Positions 38,575 to 44,090 of a stretch of DNA of 44,090 bases are shown one piece after another (positions within the stretch are counted from its first letter, which is position 1; each line of letters opens with the position of its first letter). Origin of the DNA: Octopus sinensis (Eukaryota); contig NW_021835450.1 in NCBI RefSeq assembly GCF_006345805.1, forward strand, positions 1 through 44,090. The letters run 5' to 3'. The notes beneath the pieces were generated by a model that saw only the letters and a program-made list of their open reading frames with translations, did no database searches and was not told the DNA's origin. The translations under genes were made by a program, and so were the position numbers.

Positions 38575-38770
38575 GGAGTGGCTGTGTGGTACGTAGCTTG
38601 TTTACCAACCACATGGTTCCAGGTTCAGTCCACTGCATGGCACCTTGGGCAAGTGTCTTCTACTATAGCCCCGGGCTGACCAAAGCCTTGTGAGTAGATT
38701 TCGTAGACGGAAACTGAAAAGAAGTTCATCGCATATATGTATATATCTTTGTGTGTGTATGTTTGTGCAA

Positions 38771-39072
38771 CCCATTGTACCATCATCATAAGCTTGCCAA
38801 AGCATGCTCAATGTCTTTGTAGCAGACTTCCTAAGATTAACGCAAAATTTCATGTTGGCTCTTTGTTCCTGTCCGTGACAAAATCACAGACTACAGCAAA
38901 CACATGTAATCACAAGAACACAAATTTCACAACTTGTGAAGTAAACACAGCAATGTCACTTGGCACGGTGCCTCACGCAGGTGAATGCTAGCTTGTATTG
39001 TGCACAGAACCGTGTGCTGCCATCTGTTGGCACGCTACAGAACTAGTCTGAGAATTTTTTGATACTACCTTG
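38771..39072 (-). mobile_element. Mariner 5' remnant (TIR, leader and transposase N-terminus)
   Basis: TA plus CAAGGTAGTATCAAAAAATTCTCAGACT, then EQRANMKFCVNLRKSATKTLSMLWQAY (HTH N-terminal motif). Confidence 0.8.
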
Positions 39073-39456
39073 TATATGACATCAAATACAGTATACACAC
39101 ACACACACGTGCGCATACACACACACACACACACACACACATATTTATATATATATATAATTTAAAGGCCAACTCCGTAAGGAAATTAAAAAACATTCTG
39201 GGCTGAATCCAAACCTGCAATCCTCAAATTTTCAATACCCAAGTTTTCATTAGTGTGATTATTTTCGGTAATTTTCTTATGTGATTTTTTTGCAACGAAT
39301 ATGATCATCATTGAGATATGACTCCGGAGGAAGCAATTGCATCAAATTCTCCAAAACAAATCAGGGATCAGTTTGTAGACCTTCCCATTTTGGGTCAGTT
39401 GCTTAAAAGCTATCTACCAACTTAAAAGCTGCCTGATAGAGTGGCTTTTAAGCTAG

Positions 39457-39487
<31 letters not shown>

Positions 39488-40213
39488 TTAAGTCACAATA
39501 TATCATTCTACAAAACATATGCAATATATACTCTTTTACTTGTTTCAGTCATTTGACTGTGGCCATGCTGGAGCACTGCCTTTAGTCAAGCAAATCGATC
39601 CCAGGACTTATTCTTTGTAGGCCTAGTACTTATTCTATCCGTCCCTTTAACCGAACCGCTAATGTTACAAGAACGTAAACACACCAGCATCGGTTGTCAA
39701 GCAATGTTGGTGGGGACAAACACAGACACACAAACATATACGCACACATATATATACATATATACGACGGGCTTCTTTCAGTTTCCGCCTACCAAATGCA
39801 CTCACAAGGCTTTGCTTGGCCCAAGGCTATAGTAGAAAACACTTGCCCAAGGTGCCACACAGTGGGACTGAACCCAGAACCATGTGTTTGGTAAGCAAGC
39901 TACTTACGACACAGTCACTCCTACACCTATGTATAATAAATATAAGATAGACTAAAATTATCTCATAATTATTTCTTAATATCTTAATAAATCTCCCTCC
40001 TCATCCTAGAAAACTGTTTCATTAATTTATGTTAATTTTATTCTCACTGTCTTTCATACTTTCCATCAACTTTTAAAAAATATTAACTTATATCTTCAAA
40101 TTTCCAAATAATTTTAAATTTAATATTGTTCATATTTTCGTGTTGATACAAATCCCTATATTTCGTAAATGGTGTCCCTAAATACTGTTAATTAGCTTTT
40201 TAGTTCGTTATTA

Positions 40214-40583
40214 TTATGACCTCTGCCTTAGTGAAGGTGAGGTATTGTTTTCAGTTGAATTTGTTTGTTTGTTTGTCTGTTGACAATATATCTCAAGAAC
40301 TGCTGGATGGATTCGGATGAGACTTTCAAGGATGTTTGGCCTTGTGACTGGCACAAACTGATTAGATTTTGGGACTGATCTGATACTGGACAAAGATTCT
40401 GGATTATTTTTCCATTTTTTTTTTACTTAATTTTTGAGAGTGGTCAGGTTCATTTTTAGTATTCTCGTTTGTGAGAGCAGTCGAGTTTATTTCAGATATT
40501 CTCATTTTAAAAATGATCTCTGGTTAATCATTGAGAGGACATTGGTGTTGCCTTGACTGAGGTTTGCACTCTCTGAATGCTCT
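40214..40583 (+). mobile_element. Helentron-associated (HINE-like) non-autonomous element
   Basis: Homologous to 26358-26720 in the opposite orientation. Confidence 0.5.
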
Positions 40584-40603
40584 TATTATTATTATTATTA
40601 TTA

Positions 40604-40644
<41 letters not shown>

Positions 40645-41256
40645 CAATATCATCATCATCATTTTATTTTATTTTCAAGATTTTTAGTAATGAACATATC
40701 ACTTTTCTTTTACTATACGAATAATATGGCATACTTTCGGTATGAGTACCGTCTATTTGTTTACATTTGAAGAAGAAGATTGTCACTTTCCGTAAAGTGT
40801 TTTTTTATATATGTAGGGTTAGGGGTGGGGGGAAGGATTTCTTTTTTCTTCAGAAATGTAAATAAACCCACGTGGGTTTATATCTGGCAGTTATAAGATC
40901 GCAAATAATATCTACTAGTTACTTTTTAATTATATTACTAAAATTCCCTTCCATTTGTTACACAATTTTATCATTTTATATTAATTTTATCATCATTGTC
41001 TTCCATAATGTTTTGTATTTTAGTATCTAACAATGACTTTCTTTCACCTGAGGACGTAGCTTAAATTCTACATTATTTTGAAAGATTTTTGTGGTTTGCA
41101 TTAATGCTGTCATGTAAGTAATTCATTTATTATTTATTATTTAATATAATAATATAAACTATTTACATGTTTTTAAGTTATGAAACAATTTGTTATGAAA
41201 TGTGAATTTTCTAATTGCTAAATGAAATTTCATCAAACTATTTCTCTGTCATTTAT

Positions 41257-41310
<54 letters not shown>

Positions 41311-41343
41311 TACGCGAGAAAGAAGCAACAAGAATGGATAGGT

Positions 41344-41434
41344 TTTTAGTACAATCGTTTCATACAAGGACAGGCTTTATTAAAAGTTGCAAAAATTACA
41401 GCATATAAACGTGTCCCGTACTCATCAGCTAAAA
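41344..41434 (-). ncRNA. Type I hammerhead ribozyme, core intact
   Basis: Inverted copy of 42257-42346, with one extra base in stem II. Confidence 0.8.
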
Positions 41435-42256
41435 TACATGTGAGTTCTCTAGACATCCTAGTGGTTGAGGCTATACTCATGAAGTAATGTAGATAATTAA
41501 GTAACATAAACAGATTTCCAAAGTTCATTAAAGTTCTTTAAAGATGATGTACAGTCTTATCACAGAATTTCCCTATTTCTTTCTCTTTTCTCTTTTTTCT
41601 TTTTCTTCTTCTTATTCTCTTTTTCCTTTTCTCTTCTCTTTTAGTCCCCCTCCCCCCCTTTTTTTGCTCCCTCCTCCTTTATTTTCTCTCTTTTCTTCTC
41701 TTCCCTTCCCTTTTCTATTCTTTGCCTCTCTAGAAAGCCCTTCAGCCTTTAAAAGTTAAATAGCTACAGCCTCTTGTAAATAGCAGTATGTGATTAATGT
41801 GGCAAATACCTAATCATATAACAAGATTGATACCTACCTCATTGTGTTCACCATGATAAATTTATCGCCTGTGAATATGAAATTCCTCTTCATTTCTCTG
41901 GAAATTTACATCTACACCATTGGAAATTGTGCATCTATACAAAGGATTAATTCACCCTCTCTGTAATGCTAATAAGCAGGAATTGAGACCCACCTCGTTG
42001 TGATTAACATGGATAAATTTGTCGTCTGTGAGTATGTAATCCCTCCTCATATCTCTGGAAATTCATATGTGCACTATGGATTAGGTCACCTTCTCTGTGA
42101 TGCTACTAAAACTTTTTTTTAAAATTCTGTGATAAGACTGTACATCATCTTTAAAGACTTTAATGAACTTTGGAAATCTGTTTATGTTACTTAATTATCT
42201 ACATTACTTCATGAGCATAGCCTCAACCACTAGGATGTCTAGAGAACTCACATGTA

Positions 42257-42346
42257 TTTTAGCTGATGAGTACGGGACACGTTTATATGCTGTAATTTTT
42301 GCAACTTTTAATAAAGCCTGTCCTGTATGAAACGATTGTACTAAAA
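42257..42346 (+). ncRNA. Type I hammerhead ribozyme, core intact
   Basis: ttttag-CTGATGA-gtacgggac...gtcctgtat-GAAA-CGATTG-TA-ctaaaa. 6-bp stem I, 9-bp stem II base, GUA triplet with the cut after 42340. Confidence 0.88.
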
Positions 42347-42500
42347 ACCTATCCATTCTTGTTGCTTCTTTCTCGCTTATAATCACCCCACATTACTGTA
42401 TTGTTAAAACAGTATAGTTTTTTTTTGGTGCATCTAAGTTAGGTACCATATTCAAGTAAATTCATTTAAATTAACTTGAATCTTTATTGCTTTTTGAATA

Positions 42501-42542
<42 letters not shown>

Positions 42543-42876
42543 CATAGTTCAAATTAACAAAAACACAAAAGACAAACACATGCGTAGGAATGACAAGCAG
42601 GGGTATTAGTTTAACGGTCAGGAAGAATAGTCGTGTTTTATATTTCGAGCCTACACTCTTCAACAGAAAGGATTAAGAAGAAAAAAAATGGTGAGGGAAA
42701 AATCAGATTTAGGATTGAATCCAATTTTATAGTAAAATATTATATTATATTAAATTAGAGACAAAACCACTATTAGGCAAATCATACAATGAAAAACTTA
42801 AGCCAATACATAAGATTATTTAATTTATATTATTTAAATATATAACAAAATTATTAAAAAATATAAATTAATATCA

Positions 42877-42940
42877 CACTACGATCGTTTCATGGCTGTT
42901 AATTTCTTAAAATTTTCGAGTTACAGTCATTCATCAGGTG
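42877..42940 (-). ncRNA. Type I hammerhead ribozyme, core intact
   Basis: Exact reverse complement of 43012-43075. Confidence 0.85.
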
Positions 42941-43011
42941 GTTTCAATATTTATCTTGGCGAGGTTTAATCAATGAACTTGATAAAACCTCGCCAAGATA
43001 AATATTGAAAC

Positions 43012-43075
43012 CACCTGATGAATGACTGTAACTCGAAAATTTTAAGAAATTAACAGCCATGAAACGATCGTAGTG
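43012..43075 (+). ncRNA. Type I hammerhead ribozyme, core intact
   Basis: cac-CTGATGA-atgactgt...acagccat-GAAA-CGATCG-TA-gtg. Stem III is the palindrome ACGATCGT, GUA triplet with the cut after 43072. Confidence 0.85.
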
Positions 43076-43780
43076 TGATATTAATTATATTTTTTAATAA
43101 TTTTGTTATATATTTAAATAATATAAATTAAATAATCTTATGTATTGGCTTAAGTTTTTCATTGTATGATTTGCCTAATAGTGGTTTTGTCTCTAATTTA
43201 ATATATTATATATATAATATATATAATATTATATATATACACATATACATACATACATATACATATGATAGCTTCTTTCAGTTTCCATCAATCAAATCTA
43301 CTTACAAGGCTTTGGTTGGTCCAAGGAGACACTTTCTGAAGGTGTAACTGAACCCGGAATCATGTGGTTGGGAAGCAAGGTTCTTTCCACTCCTCCATGC
43401 CTGCACCCACACACACATACACACACACGCACAGGGTGACCAAACAATCCACATTGTTTCCTTAAGCCCTGCACTTCATTTCACTCAGTTCACCCCCACC
43501 CCTCAGGAAAGTATTGATGCAACACAACGATCACATCCAGGATGCTCTTCTGGGTCAAGGTGTGGGGGATGGCAAGGAGGGTCAAATGGGGGGTGGGAGT
43601 GCTCCATGCCAACTCACAGTGACGTAGGAATCTAAAACAATCAGCAAACGTAATTAGCAGCAATTACTAGTAATATACCAATTACTGCTAATTTCACTGA
43701 CTGTAACAATTTGGGACAATGTCTATCCTCTCAACTTCAAAAAATTATAATTTTCAAAATATATAAAACTATATATGTAT

Positions 43781-43822
<42 letters not shown>

Positions 43823-43947
43823 ATTTAAATTTAAAATTAATATAATTTTGAAAAATTGAATATTAATTTGATTAATATCAATTTAAAACCAGTGGTCTAG
43901 CATAATTAAAATCTGAAGATTTAGAAAAATTATATTACATACATATA

Positions 43948-44081
43948 AGAGGGATGACCACTACGTGGACATCCATTAGGCTAGAAGTAGATCTGCTATG
44001 GTCTTACCTTCCTTTTTAAGTGTAAGACCATAGCAGATCTACTTCTAGCATAATGGATATCCACGTAATAGTCATCCCTCT
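43948..44081. repeat. Hairpin with 60-bp arms, 14-nt loop and 4 mismatches
   Basis: 43948-44007 versus 44022-44081, with no indels. Confidence 0.92.
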
Positions 44082-44090
44082 AATATATAT

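Larger units (their letters stand above)
41314..42376. repeat. Inverted repeat: about 256-bp arms (41314-41570, 42122-42376), each with a hammerhead, about 550-bp spacer
   Basis: About three differences between the arms by eye (two 1-nt indels, one substitution). Confidence 0.92.
42746..43205. repeat. Near-perfect 460-bp palindrome (5-nt loop at 42974-42978) containing two identical hammerheads
   Basis: The arms are reverse complements apart from one A/A mismatch near the centre and one 1-nt indel. Confidence 0.95.

Overview
This is AT-rich, microsatellite-dense animal genomic DNA. Its repeat families and (TA)n/(CA)n/(TATG)n load resemble an octopus (coleoid) genome, but the species is my inference. 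Almost every ORF in the supplied track is a microsatellite artefact. One real gene can be rebuilt by hand on the minus strand: a 7-exon LRRC46-like leucine-rich-repeat gene (ATG 35438 to stop 4876, 804 nt CDS, 267 aa, all GT-AG, all exon phases consistent, AATAAA at 4823-4828). The rest is decayed transposons: tRNA-derived SINEs, RTE/CR1/RLE-type LINE ends, Tc1/mariner remnants, TTAA- and 8-bp-TSD MITEs, Helentron-like elements and a Penelope-like GIY-YIG remnant. The most unusual signal is about ten minimal type I hammerhead ribozyme motifs from several sequence families. Five have an intact core and stem I, and most have a (near-)palindromic 8-nt stem III. Three of these loci, within about 6 kb upstream of the gene, are divergent (back-to-back) inverted pairs with no ORF, including a near-perfect 460-bp palindrome carrying two identical ribozymes. 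Two further near-perfect hairpins (4397-4499, 43948-44081) have no ribozyme. All coordinates and translations were done by eye; no searches were run.
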